A stretch of 64,000 bases of DNA from Candidatus Omnitrophota bacterium. GTDB lineage: Bacteria > Omnitrophota > Gorgyraeia > Gygaellales > Profunditerraquicolaceae. Both the position numbers and the translations under genes were made by a program. The notes under the pieces are model-generated. The model had not been told where the DNA came from. It was given only the letters and a program-made list of their open reading frames with translations, and searched no databases. Where the stretch lies: contig JALOQK010000002.1 of assembly GCA_025453395.1 (NCBI GenBank), positions 474,509 to 538,508 of the forward strand, given 5' to 3'. How positions within the stretch are numbered: position 1 is the first letter of the stretch; the number at the start of each line of letters is the position of its first letter. Below are positions 27,562 to 37,681 of the stretch, piece after piece.

Positions 27562-28838
27562 AACTTTCTCAAATTCATCTTTGAAGCTAATGATCTGCTT
27601 CGCGCAACAACCTGGTCCATATTAATATATTCAAATTCCGCAAACCTGCCCAGCAATTTTATTCCTAAAGAATCAAAAAAACTTCTTATGATTTTCATAT
27701 TCTTCTGGCGATCGCGATCATGTATAACATACCCGTAAGGCAGGTTCTTAATGTCCGTGGTTACAATATCCTTCTTGTCTATTATACCTATACAGGATAG
27801 ATTTTTAACTATTTTCTCTATTAGCAGGCTATTTGAAACCTTTGCCAGGCCGCTTCCCGGCTTTGCGGTAACTTCAGCCACAAGAGAGGAATTACCCAAC
27901 GGAACATTATTCTGGCTAAAATACCCCATAAAACATACCCGATGCGCTAAAATATCTTTATCCGGAATATAAATAGCGCTTTTATCTAATAAAGATCTGT
28001 TCTTTATGCCGATTAATACAACGCGCAAACAGTTATAACGCAAATCCTTTGCCGCCTGCATAACGCGCAAAGGCACATTTTCCATCATCCTCAAAGCTTC
28101 AGCAACCGCAAAAGTAATAACAATCTTGTTATATGGCCTTATATTTTTACCATCAGAAACAAGCCACTCTTTTCTTCTCCTAGAGATTTTCTTAATATTA
28201 AAACCACAAATGCAATCTTGCTTGCCGCCTGCAAAGGCGCTGATCAAAGACTGTATTCCCCCATGCCTGGGATAAAAGAAATTAAGCTGATGCAGATACC
28301 CTTCTGTTTCTATGCCAAGCGCGGATTTTACTATATCATCTATCGGGGGACGCGGCAGGCGGCCTACCCAATCTAAAGACATCTTATCAAGCGCAAACTT
28401 CCAGATTTTGTTATTATAAGGCAAAAGATACTTTTCGGTTATACCATCTCCGAAGTTATAATACATCCAACTGAAGAAATCTTTTGGCTTGGGATAATTA
28501 TTCCTTAAGACTCCCATCAAACAATCATAGACATCTTCCTTATCTAAAATACCAAGGCCATTCTCAAAGGGATATTTTACAAAACGCCCCTTATAGAATA
28601 TTTTGTTATTACGCCTTTGCGCATGAATATTATTGCCCAATATGCGTTTAATTAAGCCAAGAACAGCCTTGTCTTTTGAAAACAAGATATGCCCGCCTAA
28701 ATCATAGCTAAATCCGTCTTTTTTAAAACTTCGGCAAAGCCCTCCTAAGGCATTATCTTTTTCAAGAATCTGACTCTTAGGGAATAGAAAATGCTGCAGG
28801 CTAACCGCGCTCAAACCTCCGCCCAATATACCAATCAT
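27558..28838 (-). CDS. FAD-dependent oxidoreductase, UDP-galactopyranose mutase-like flavoenzyme
   Basis: N-terminal dinucleotide-binding IGILGGGLSAVSL...ILEKDNALGGLCRS...YDLGGHILF and the C-terminal motif LLGRFAEFEYINMDQVV, which parallels Glf GRLAEYKYYDMHQVI. Confidence 0.55.
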   Translation of the reverse strand: MIGILGGGLSAVSLQHFLFPKSQILEKDNALGGLCRSFKKDGFSYDLGGHILFSKDKAVLGLIKRILGNNIHAQRRNNKIFYKGRFVKYPFENGLGILDKEDVYDCLMGVLRNNYPKPKDFFSWMYYNFGDGITEKYLLPYNNKIWKFALDKMSLDWVGRLPRPPIDDIVKSALGIETEGYLHQLNFFYPRHGGIQSLISAFAGGKQDCICGFNIKKISRRRKEWLVSDGKNIRPYNKIVITFAVAEALRMMENVPLRVMQAAKDLRYNCLRVVLIGIKNRSLLDKSAIYIPDKDILAHRVCFMGYFSQNNVPLGNSSLVAEVTAKPGSGLAKVSNSLLIEKIVKNLSCIGIIDKKDIVTTDIKNLPYGYVIHDRDRQKNMKIIRSFFDSLGIKLLGRFAEFEYINMDQVVARSRSLASKMNLRKL

Positions 28839-29569
28839 CTCTTTTCCTTCCTAAAACTGGACAAAATAAATTCTATTTTTAATTTCATGAAATCCGATAA
28901 AAGTTTGGCTATAATCCCCGGAAGCTTATTTGTAGAAAGCCAACGCGAATCTCCATATGGCCTTTTGTAGTGTTTCACCGGAACCTCAACCACGCGGTAT
29001 CCTTTATGATGTGCGCGCACTAAAAACTCCGTAGAAATAAAATCTGAAATTATTCTCCCCTCCAAAACGCTATCCAAGACTTTTTTACGCATAACCCTAA
29101 AACCACAATTTATATCATGCATTCTTATGCCAAACAACAACCCCACAATGGTATTCATGCCGTTTGAGATACGGCAACGCATATGCCCATCCAGGCGCGG
29201 GAATTTATATCCGGTAATTAGATCAAAATCATCAATAAAGGGGATCATTTTCCAGAAATCAGCCGGGCTATGTTGCCCATCGGAATCACTGAAGAAAATT
29301 ATATCATTCTTAGGCAGCTTAAAAGCATCCCAAACTGCTTTAGCGTAGCCCTTGCGGTCATTGCTTGTCACCAGCTTAATGGGCAGCTGCTTAGCAAGCC
29401 GCGCAAGAACCTCTTTTGTCCCATCAGTGCTGCCATCTTCAGCTACAATAAACTCTGATCCGGGTATTTTACTTATTACCTGATCATAGTAATTACGCAC
29501 TACCTGCTCAATGATATCTACTTCATTATGCACCGGAATTATCAAAGAAATCTTATCTTTATTCACCAA
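28835..29569 (-). CDS. Family 2 glycosyltransferase
   Basis: ISLIIPVHNEVDII...VAEDGSTDGT...FFSDSDGQH. Confidence 0.8.
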   Translation of the reverse strand: MVNKDKISLIIPVHNEVDIIEQVVRNYYDQVISKIPGSEFIVAEDGSTDGTKEVLARLAKQLPIKLVTSNDRKGYAKAVWDAFKLPKNDIIFFSDSDGQHSPADFWKMIPFIDDFDLITGYKFPRLDGHMRCRISNGMNTIVGLLFGIRMHDINCGFRVMRKKVLDSVLEGRIISDFISTEFLVRAHHKGYRVVEVPVKHYKRPYGDSRWLSTNKLPGIIAKLLSDFMKLKIEFILSSFRKEKR

Positions 29570-29575
29570 GGCCCC

Positions 29576-30676
29576 CTATCTTATTATTTTCTGCAGTAAA
29601 CCTAAAATCCCTCCGATACTAATAGCCTGTACAGGGCATACCTCTTTGCAACAAAAACAAGCAATACATTTACGCGCATTGATCCTTGGGTATTTATCAA
29701 AATCTATTGCCTTAACTGGACAAATCTCATAACATTGTTTACAGGATATGCACTTCTTTGAAGACACCTTAAGTTTAACTTTGCGCACCATATTTAATAT
29801 TAGTTTAGCCGGCAAAGATTCGCCTTGCGCTTCTTTGTTGTAGGTAGAAGGCAGCTTAAAATTACTTAACCTTTCCAAATTCCCGATAATTTGCATTTTC
29901 TTTATATCCGCTTGCCCTAAATTTTCTTCTCTGGCAAGACGCATAGTATCTACCTTTGCCGGATCAGCGCCCATCATATAACAGATGATTGCGTCTACGG
30001 CCACGGTATCATTTGAAGCAATAACTTTATTAATATTGCGAAGATCTGAACTATTTGGCCCATCGCCCTGCATGCCGACAATTGCATCCATAATCACTAA
30101 ATCAGGGGGCCGGATTTTAAAAACCTCAACCACTGCTTTTGCGAACTTCTTATATTCCGGGAACATGCTGTGAAGCTTAGTTTTTTCCGAGCCTACTAAA
30201 AGGCCATAGCTATTCTTTATGCCTGCGGTAATAATAGTATTAAGATGCGTCTTAAATTTAGGCAAAGAAATAAAATAATCGCATTCTAAAACAGCCCTTG
30301 CTACAGCAGCTTCTGGGTAACCGGGGATCCCGGTCTTAACCTGTGCCGCACTCTTGCCGATATTTATATAATGACCTTTTGAGGCCTCATAGATACCAGT
30401 GACCTTAGCCACAGATTCATTATCCCCATAAGCCCTGGGCATGCCGCAATTGTCACCCACAACAACGCTTGCGCCATGGCTTATAAGGTAATCTACAACA
30501 CTTGATACAACCGCAGGATGAGTAGTTACCCCCTTATCCGGAGCAAAACTACCTAAAAGATTGGGTTTAACAAATACTTTTTTGCCTTTAAAATCATATT
30601 TAAACTCCTGAAAGACTTTTTCGATATCATGCTTTATTCTATTATAATCAGTATCCAAGATAAGGACCTTGCTCAT
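29576..30676 (-). CDS. DUF362-domain protein fused to a 2x[4Fe-4S] ferredoxin domain
   Basis: N-terminal VFVKPNLLGSFAPDKGVTTHPAVVSSVVDY..VVVGDN is DUF362-like. The C-terminal CISCKQCYEICP and CIACFCCKEVCP are two CxxCxxCxxxCP ferredoxin motifs. Confidence 0.65.
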   Translation of the reverse strand: MSKVLILDTDYNRIKHDIEKVFQEFKYDFKGKKVFVKPNLLGSFAPDKGVTTHPAVVSSVVDYLISHGASVVVGDNCGMPRAYGDNESVAKVTGIYEASKGHYINIGKSAAQVKTGIPGYPEAAVARAVLECDYFISLPKFKTHLNTIITAGIKNSYGLLVGSEKTKLHSMFPEYKKFAKAVVEVFKIRPPDLVIMDAIVGMQGDGPNSSDLRNINKVIASNDTVAVDAIICYMMGADPAKVDTMRLAREENLGQADIKKMQIIGNLERLSNFKLPSTYNKEAQGESLPAKLILNMVRKVKLKVSSKKCISCKQCYEICPVKAIDFDKYPRINARKCIACFCCKEVCPVQAISIGGILGLLQKIIR

Positions 30677-31728
30677 TTTTTGCCCCTCTTATTTAAATAC
30701 ATATTTACCAAAGCCCCTTTCATTGTGGCCGGGTCAAAACTTATAAACTTGCTCAATTCAATATACCCAAGATGCATGCAGGTAACACACTTTGTATTTT
30801 TTCCAATATAATCCCAAGCCTTCTTAAAACCAAGATCAAAACAATTTAAACCCTCTCCCCATCTTCCGGTACAAGAGCTTACCGTTCCATCGGTATCAAT
30901 AATACAAGAGGTCAACGTCTGCTGACAACGAGTATATCGTACTTTTTTGCCGCGAAGATCTTCTGGAAAGATAACTCGCTTTTCCCCAAAAGGCCAATTT
31001 AAAACCTCTTCCATGGCCAACACAGAATTCATAATCGGCCAACCATCTTTTTTATACTGAATAAACTTATGATAAAACTTTCTTCTTTCATCTTCGCTAA
31101 GCACTAAATTAGTATCTGCCATATCCGGCCTGGCGGCTTCTGATAAATTAAACGAAACATTGTATTTCTTGCTTAAATTCAAAAGATGCTCTAAAGAATC
31201 CATGGTATAACGCATCAAAACCCCATGGAGCCTGACTACCATGTTATTGGCTAAAGCTACCTCGATAGCCTCAATAACTTTATTATAACATCCCTTGCCC
31301 CTGACGCGATCATTCTGCACTGGATCTCCGTCAATACTTATACAGATACTGCTCAAGTTCTTCAACTGTTTAACCTTTTGAGGCAGAAAATAACCATTTG
31401 TGTTTAGGTCGCAAACTATGCCTTTCTTGTGCGCATAGTCAATCAGCTCCCCGATATCCGGACGCATCAATGGCTCCCCTCCTAAAAAACGCAGCCATCG
31501 CGTGCCGCAAGAATGCAGCTGATCAAAAAGCTTCTTCCATATCTGGGTACTTGGCTCTGGGACTTGCTTAAGTTTCTCGAAATCAGCATAACAATGGATA
31601 CAGCGCAAATTACACATTTTGGTAATATGCACCTCTACCCTTAACGGAATCCTTTTGCCGGTTATCTTGGCATAAAGCATTTTTGTTAAGGGACTAACCC
31701 AGGGCTTTATCTTGCGAATTAAACCCAA
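30673..31728 (-). CDS. Radical SAM enzyme with a Cys-rich C-terminal SPASM/twitch-like region; paralog of 38519-39562
   Basis: HITKMCNLRCIHCYA, GGEP and C-terminal CQQTLTSC...CTGRWGEGLNC...CVTCMHLGY. It shares the DLNTNGY / MNTNGH core with 38519-39562. Confidence 0.8.
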   Translation of the reverse strand: MGLIRKIKPWVSPLTKMLYAKITGKRIPLRVEVHITKMCNLRCIHCYADFEKLKQVPEPSTQIWKKLFDQLHSCGTRWLRFLGGEPLMRPDIGELIDYAHKKGIVCDLNTNGYFLPQKVKQLKNLSSICISIDGDPVQNDRVRGKGCYNKVIEAIEVALANNMVVRLHGVLMRYTMDSLEHLLNLSKKYNVSFNLSEAARPDMADTNLVLSEDERRKFYHKFIQYKKDGWPIMNSVLAMEEVLNWPFGEKRVIFPEDLRGKKVRYTRCQQTLTSCIIDTDGTVSSCTGRWGEGLNCFDLGFKKAWDYIGKNTKCVTCMHLGYIELSKFISFDPATMKGALVNMYLNKRGKK

Positions 31729-31729
31729 T

Positions 31730-33196
31730 TTAACCCTCTCCTGTTATGCGGTACTTCCTGAACAAATTAATAAAATCCTTGCTTCTACAGGTTAAGCAGA
31801 GCGTAATAAATTGCCAAATTAATATTGGATGCTTTAAAACAATACCAAATAAATCAAGAATAAACTTCGGCTGTTTTAAATAATCCAATACCGTCTTATA
31901 AAATGAGCCCTGAACCATGGAATCATATATCTGATAAAGCTCCTTCTCATTAAAATTGATAAACATGACAGGCCGCGCGTTATGCCCTTGAGTATCCCAG
32001 AAAATTTCTTCTGGCTTTATCCATCCTTGAGCGCTGGCCTGTTGGTACAATTCGCTTCCCGGATAAGGCGTACAAAAACCAATCCCCAAATAATCGGGCT
32101 TTATTTCCTTAAGTAGTTTACGCGTCATCTCCAGATCTTCCCTTGTTTCTTGAGGGCTGCCAATCATAATCGTAGCCAAGGCGCGAAGTTTATTCTTATG
32201 CGCGGCGGCAAAAGCTTTTTTGGTAAGATCTATAGTTATGCCTTTTTTAATGGCATTGAGCACTTTCTGTGAACCTGACTCAACCCCCAAGTCTACCTGG
32301 ACACAACCGCTTTCTTTAAGCTTCTTGGCGACACTATCTGTAAGATAATTCACCCTGGCCTGGCAGGCCCAGGTAAGATTTAATTTCCGCTTTTTTATCT
32401 GTTCACAAAATTCAAAAACCCTTTCCGGCCTGATGACAAAAGTATCATCTAATATCCAAAAGGCTTCGATCTTATAATTACGCTTTAGAAACTCCAGCTC
32501 ATCAACTACATCTTTTATTGAACGCTCTCTGATTTCATACCCATGGGTAATAGCGCTTGCGCAAAAAGTGCATCTGCCGGGACAACCGCGAGCGGTAAAC
32601 ACCCAGCCGCACCTTAACCATAAACCACGGATTGCATAGTTATTGGCAATATAATGCTCTGCGTTTATCAAATGATACGCCGGCATAGGAAGCTTGGAAA
32701 CATCCTCAAAGCCAACCCTGTCTTTTGTCTTGATATATTTTCCAGCGGAATCTTTAAAAACAATAGAAGCTACATCATTTAATGCAACATTCTGCTCTAA
32801 ATGCTCAACTGTCTTTAAAAGAATACTTTCTCCCTCGCCTAAAACAGCAACATCCGCACCTAAATTTAGAAAAAACTCTGGCAAGGCTGTGGCATGCGTT
32901 CCCCCCACAATTACTTTTACAGCCGGATAATTTTTCTTAATAAGGGGGATAAGTTTCTTTAAAACTTCCGTGTGCGAAGAAAGGCAAACAAATCCTACAA
33001 GATCGATATTTTCTTGCGCTATTTTGTTTAATAATTGATCAAAGGAAAATTCTTTTTTACCATAGGTATTAAGTTCCTCTATTTGCACAAAACGCCCAGA
33101 CTTTTCCAGGACTGCCGCTAAATAAAGCAAGCTAAAAGGCGGAGAAAAGCCAATAACTGGGTTTACAAGAAGATTTTTAAACTTCTCCATAAGCAT
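31730..33196 (-). CDS. Cobalamin-binding (class B) radical SAM enzyme
   Basis: N-terminal B12-binding Rossmann-like domain (VIGFSPPFSLLYLAAVLEKSG...DLVGFVCLSSH) followed by the radical SAM core with ARGCPGRCTFCAS. 488 aa. Confidence 0.8.
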   Translation of the reverse strand: MLMEKFKNLLVNPVIGFSPPFSLLYLAAVLEKSGRFVQIEELNTYGKKEFSFDQLLNKIAQENIDLVGFVCLSSHTEVLKKLIPLIKKNYPAVKVIVGGTHATALPEFFLNLGADVAVLGEGESILLKTVEHLEQNVALNDVASIVFKDSAGKYIKTKDRVGFEDVSKLPMPAYHLINAEHYIANNYAIRGLWLRCGWVFTARGCPGRCTFCASAITHGYEIRERSIKDVVDELEFLKRNYKIEAFWILDDTFVIRPERVFEFCEQIKKRKLNLTWACQARVNYLTDSVAKKLKESGCVQVDLGVESGSQKVLNAIKKGITIDLTKKAFAAAHKNKLRALATIMIGSPQETREDLEMTRKLLKEIKPDYLGIGFCTPYPGSELYQQASAQGWIKPEEIFWDTQGHNARPVMFINFNEKELYQIYDSMVQGSFYKTVLDYLKQPKFILDLFGIVLKHPILIWQFITLCLTCRSKDFINLFRKYRITGEG

Positions 33197-34682
33197 CCTT
33201 CTTTTTTGTCCTCCAGAAATAGCTTGTAATCGTGCTTATTACAAACACCGGATGATTCAGCATAAGCGCGCCCCAGCGAAATATAAAAGCGCGAAAATTC
33301 CTCAAGACTAATCCAGCATTTAATTTAAAGGCCTCGCTGAAATATATTTCCTCAAGCTGTTTGCGGGTAAAATTCTCAGTGTCGTAACTAGCGGTGCTAA
33401 ATTCTGAGCGCAAAAAATCATGCCCTTCTGGGATGTAGCCCTTTTCTTTGCAAATACGCATAAGGTCTGTCCCGGGAAGAGGCGTGGCAATTGACAAAAA
33501 GACCGAATCCGGTTTTATTTCCCGGATAAAGGAAAATGTCTTTTTGATCTCCTCCATCGTCTCTCCAGGATACCCCATAGAGAAAAATGTGCTAATCACA
33601 AGTCCTAACTTCTTGGCGATTTTCATGTTAGTTCTTACAATATCTAAGCTTACCGGCTTGTGGATAATATCTTTTAATACCCTATCGCTTCCGCTTTCAA
33701 CCGCAAAACGAAGCTCATACGCCCCGCAATCTTTCATCGCGCGCATCATTGGCTCATCTAACGATGCTACTACCAGGCCGTTTGGTGTCGACCAACGCAG
33801 ATTAAACTTACCTTGTTTGATTTGACTAAAAATCTTCATTGCCCTGTTATAATCAGAAGTCAAGCTATCATCAGTAAACTGTAATTCTTTGATCTTGTAG
33901 GTCTTAACCAAATGCTCTATCTCGGTCAAAACATTTTGCGGACTGCGGCAACGGTATTGGCGCAGCCAATAGTTTTTGCCAAAGCAAAAAATACAATTAT
34001 AAGGGCAGCCTCGTGAAGTTATAATGGTCAGGCTTCTTTTAATAAAAGAGAGATTCTGGTTTAGGTTTATTTTGAAATATTTTTCTATAGGCACCAAATG
34101 CCGCGCGGGAAAAGGCAGCTCATCAAGATTTTGAATCAATTTTGTTTTAGGATTCACTATAATTTTATTGCCTTTGCGATAAGCTATGCCATCAATAGCG
34201 CTAAAATCACTCCCGCCAGAATTCAATACTCCCACCAAGTCCCTAAATGGATACTCCGCCTCATGCATCAAAACAAAATCCACATGAGAATGATATTCTA
34301 AGGTTTTATCGGGAAAAAGCGTGGGATGCGGGCCGCCTAACACCGTAACGATATCCGGCGAAACCTCTTTTACGGCAGCACAGGCATCTAATGAATTGGT
34401 AAACTCTAATGATGACTGACAGGCAACGCCGACTACACCGGGCGAAAAATCACGAATAACCTTTTTTATGCTATCATAACTTAAACCATAGCGGATATGG
34501 CGGGAATCAATATTCTGCTGATTCTTAAAACCCTCTAAGGCAGCGTCTAAAACCTTAACCTGATAGCCGCTTTTTTCCATAACCGCGGCAATATAAAGTA
34601 CCCCTAAAGAAGGAGTGGTGATCTTTAACCTGCCCACAGGCAATGTGCAAGGAGGAATTAACAGGAGTATTCTTTTATTCAT
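33177..34682 (-). CDS. Cobalamin-binding (class B) radical SAM enzyme
   Basis: N-terminal LLLIPPCTLPVGR...LGVLYIAAVMEKSGYQVKVLDA B12-binding-like domain and TSRGCPYNCIFCFG CX3CX2C. 501 aa; 20-nt overlap with the upstream paralog. Confidence 0.8.
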   Translation of the reverse strand: MNKRILLLIPPCTLPVGRLKITTPSLGVLYIAAVMEKSGYQVKVLDAALEGFKNQQNIDSRHIRYGLSYDSIKKVIRDFSPGVVGVACQSSLEFTNSLDACAAVKEVSPDIVTVLGGPHPTLFPDKTLEYHSHVDFVLMHEAEYPFRDLVGVLNSGGSDFSAIDGIAYRKGNKIIVNPKTKLIQNLDELPFPARHLVPIEKYFKINLNQNLSFIKRSLTIITSRGCPYNCIFCFGKNYWLRQYRCRSPQNVLTEIEHLVKTYKIKELQFTDDSLTSDYNRAMKIFSQIKQGKFNLRWSTPNGLVVASLDEPMMRAMKDCGAYELRFAVESGSDRVLKDIIHKPVSLDIVRTNMKIAKKLGLVISTFFSMGYPGETMEEIKKTFSFIREIKPDSVFLSIATPLPGTDLMRICKEKGYIPEGHDFLRSEFSTASYDTENFTRKQLEEIYFSEAFKLNAGLVLRNFRAFIFRWGALMLNHPVFVISTITSYFWRTKKKDAYGEV

Positions 34683-36167
34683 TTATACGCTTAAATCCTG
34701 GTTAAACTTTTGATAAATACTTTCCAAGAAATCCATCGCCTTGCCCTTTCTTAAAGCAAGCCATAATGCCTTTATTACAAAAACCGGATGCCCCAAAATC
34801 GTCATAATCGCTCTTAGCAGGTACTTCGGACTATTTAAAAAAGCGATCATAGTTTGCATGTTATTACGCCAGAAAAAAGCATTCTCTAAAGAAGCGCGTA
34901 TTTTCACCAATTGATCAGCTTTGAAGCTTGCCTGCATTACCGGCACATTAGACTGCTTATTAGTCCATCTTTGATCAAAAATAATCTTTTCATCAACAAA
35001 CCATTTATTCTCTATAGCCATCTTATACAATGGCGACCCCGGATAAGGAACTAATATCAGAAATCCCACTCCTGCGGGAGCCAGTTTAGCTATTTTTCTT
35101 GTTTGCTCTATATCCTCTATTGTCTCTTCGGGATTGCCGATAATAAAAGTGGCAAAAGATTCCATCTTTACTTTCTTAAGATTACTAAAAGACCGCGCGA
35201 TCATTTCTTGAGTAATGCCTTTTTTTAAAATCTTTAATATCCGGTCAGACCCAGATTCACATCCAATGTCAACTTGCACACAGCCCGCTCTCTTTAGCAT
35301 TTCTAAAACAGATAGCTCGCCTGCTATGTCCGCGCGGGTCTGGCAACCCCAAAACATATTGACCTTCTTATCAACTATAGAACGGCAAAAATCATCAAGC
35401 CAATTTCTATCCGAGGCAAAGGTATCATCATTAAAATATATCCCTTTAACCGCGTGATTATCCCGCAGATAAACCATCTCTTCTAAAACATTTTCTACGG
35501 AGCGCCTGCGGATCTTTGCCCCATGCACAATCTTACTTGCGCAAAAAATACACTGATAAGGACACCCCCGGGAGGCATACATGGTAGTAACCCCTTGATA
35601 AAACTTGCCTCTTAATATCCCCGGAGGAGATAAATACCATTTAAAAGAAGGCGCTACCAACAAACTCCTGTCAGGTATAGGCAAAATATCCAGATCCTGG
35701 ATGAAATCCCCTCTGCCGTTATCAACGATCTTCTTGTTTCTATCTCGGTATACAACGCCTCTTATGCCAGATAAATCCATGTCCTGGGAAAGCCGATCGC
35801 AGACATCCAGCATAACAAACTCTGCTTCGCCAACAACCACAAAATCAATATTGGAATCCTCTAAAACTTCTTCCGGCAAAGCTGTGGCGTGCACCCCTCC
35901 CCAGCAAATTTTGCTGTTCTTATTCTCCTGGCGCAAATAAACGGTATATTCATGGGCCACTTGAAAGCCGGTTGTAAGCACACTTACTCCTATTAGATCC
36001 GGATTGAAATCCCTGATCGTATCTAGATTTTTCCTATGCGATGAAGGAAATGAATCAATAATCCTAACATCGCACCCGGCATTTCTTAGCATTGTCCCAA
36101 TATACAAAATCCCCATCGGAACAACGGGAGTATAATTCTCGCGAAAGAATATTAAGACAACGCGCAT
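34683..36167 (-). CDS. Cobalamin-binding (class B) radical SAM enzyme
   Basis: MRVVLIFFRENYTPVVPMGILYIGTMLRNAGCDVRIID B12-binding-like N-terminus and ASRGCPYQCIFCAS. 494 aa. Confidence 0.8.
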   Translation of the reverse strand: MRVVLIFFRENYTPVVPMGILYIGTMLRNAGCDVRIIDSFPSSHRKNLDTIRDFNPDLIGVSVLTTGFQVAHEYTVYLRQENKNSKICWGGVHATALPEEVLEDSNIDFVVVGEAEFVMLDVCDRLSQDMDLSGIRGVVYRDRNKKIVDNGRGDFIQDLDILPIPDRSLLVAPSFKWYLSPPGILRGKFYQGVTTMYASRGCPYQCIFCASKIVHGAKIRRRSVENVLEEMVYLRDNHAVKGIYFNDDTFASDRNWLDDFCRSIVDKKVNMFWGCQTRADIAGELSVLEMLKRAGCVQVDIGCESGSDRILKILKKGITQEMIARSFSNLKKVKMESFATFIIGNPEETIEDIEQTRKIAKLAPAGVGFLILVPYPGSPLYKMAIENKWFVDEKIIFDQRWTNKQSNVPVMQASFKADQLVKIRASLENAFFWRNNMQTMIAFLNSPKYLLRAIMTILGHPVFVIKALWLALRKGKAMDFLESIYQKFNQDLSV

Positions 36168-36170
36168 AAA

Positions 36171-37673
36171 TTAAATTCTTTTTCTTTTTAAGCCTAACTT
36201 CTTCTTGATATGCCAAAAATAATAACTTACGTATTGGAACCCGGATAAATCTCTTTTTGCAAACATAACAATAAAATCCACAACAAATAAAGTTAACCCT
36301 TTAGGCAAATACTTAAAATACTTTTGCAGATTATATTTGAGTATAAACTCTACTAGAGGCTTGGGCAAAAGAGGCATCGCCCTAAAAAGTATTTCATAAT
36401 TCTTGAACACTTTAAGCAAATTCCTGTTTTTTAAATATCCGTGCGAGCCGGCAATATAACAGGGAGATTCTCCTTTATTGATTGCCTCTATATCGCTTGA
36501 GGTGAGCATATCCAAACTCTTGGCAATATCTACCAAATCGGTATTGGGAAAATAGGTAGTCCAGAAACAGGTGATCCTTACCCTATTCCTAAAACCCGCG
36601 TAAGAACGCGCAGCCAATATCTGGTCCTCTTCTTTCTCGCCCGGTAGCCCAAACATATGATCGCAGGAATATTTTAACCCCACCTTGTCGCATATCTCAA
36701 AAGTCTGAATGATCTTGCTATTTTTCTCGTTCCTGAAAAGATAGTTCTTTTTAGTATCCTCGTTAAAAGTCTGCACGCCAAACTGCACCCGATGACAGCC
36801 TGCCTCCTTTAGAGAGCGCGCTGTATCCTCGTCTATGCATAGAGGATGAGAAATAGCCCTGAAGGGGACATTGATTTCTTTCTTGTAACGATGCATCAAT
36901 TCTTGGGTCCATTTCTTATCAACAGTCAAAACGCTATCGTAAAACCCCACTTCGCGGTAATTATAGCGCTTTTTCATTATGATCAATTCCTGCATTACAT
37001 TATCCACGCTCCTGCGGCGCTTATCCCTTGTATTATTGAATTTAGACATAAAATTCTGCGAGCAGTATGAGCAGGCATACGGACAACCCTTGGCAGTCAT
37101 TGTCATATACATGCGGCTTATATTAACCTCGTCCTCGAAAAGCTTTTTATCCAAAAAAGGCAGCTTTTCTAAATCAACAAGCGCTCTTACGGAATTACGG
37201 ATAATCCCTTTTTTGGTTTTAAACCAAATATTTTTGATGCCGTAATCAATATTCTTTTTTTCCATGCTGTTCAATAATTCCAACATCGCCTCTTCGCCTT
37301 CGCCAGTACAAACCATATCTACGCAAGGAAGCGAAATAATATAGTCTGGCTTGGCAGTCGGAAAGACCCCGCCAAAAATGACCGGAATATTCTTTATTTT
37401 CTTTACATCCTGGGCAACTGAAACTGCCCATCTGAAATTATCTGTAAAAACCGAAAAACCCAAGACATCAGGCTTAGAATCTATGATTTTCTTAACTAGG
37501 GCTTTTCTATCATCAAGTATCCTGTGCAGCCAAGGGATCTTAAAATAATTAACATCATCGAACAGCGCCGGATCAAAAACGAGGTTAACCGTATGACCAT
37601 GCCTTTTCACAAAGGCTGAAATTGCCTCTAAACTCAAACTCTCTGCCCCCATGAAAACAACCGTTAATCGCAT
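36171..37673 (-). CDS. Cobalamin-binding (class B) radical SAM enzyme
   Basis: MRLTVVFMGAESLSLEAISAFVKRHGHTVNLVFDP B12-binding-like N-terminus and TAKGCPYACSYCSQ. 500 aa. Confidence 0.75.
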   Translation of the reverse strand: MRLTVVFMGAESLSLEAISAFVKRHGHTVNLVFDPALFDDVNYFKIPWLHRILDDRKALVKKIIDSKPDVLGFSVFTDNFRWAVSVAQDVKKIKNIPVIFGGVFPTAKPDYIISLPCVDMVCTGEGEEAMLELLNSMEKKNIDYGIKNIWFKTKKGIIRNSVRALVDLEKLPFLDKKLFEDEVNISRMYMTMTAKGCPYACSYCSQNFMSKFNNTRDKRRRSVDNVMQELIIMKKRYNYREVGFYDSVLTVDKKWTQELMHRYKKEINVPFRAISHPLCIDEDTARSLKEAGCHRVQFGVQTFNEDTKKNYLFRNEKNSKIIQTFEICDKVGLKYSCDHMFGLPGEKEEDQILAARSYAGFRNRVRITCFWTTYFPNTDLVDIAKSLDMLTSSDIEAINKGESPCYIAGSHGYLKNRNLLKVFKNYEILFRAMPLLPKPLVEFILKYNLQKYFKYLPKGLTLFVVDFIVMFAKRDLSGFQYVSYYFWHIKKKLGLKRKRI

Positions 37674-37681
37674 TTAATAAA

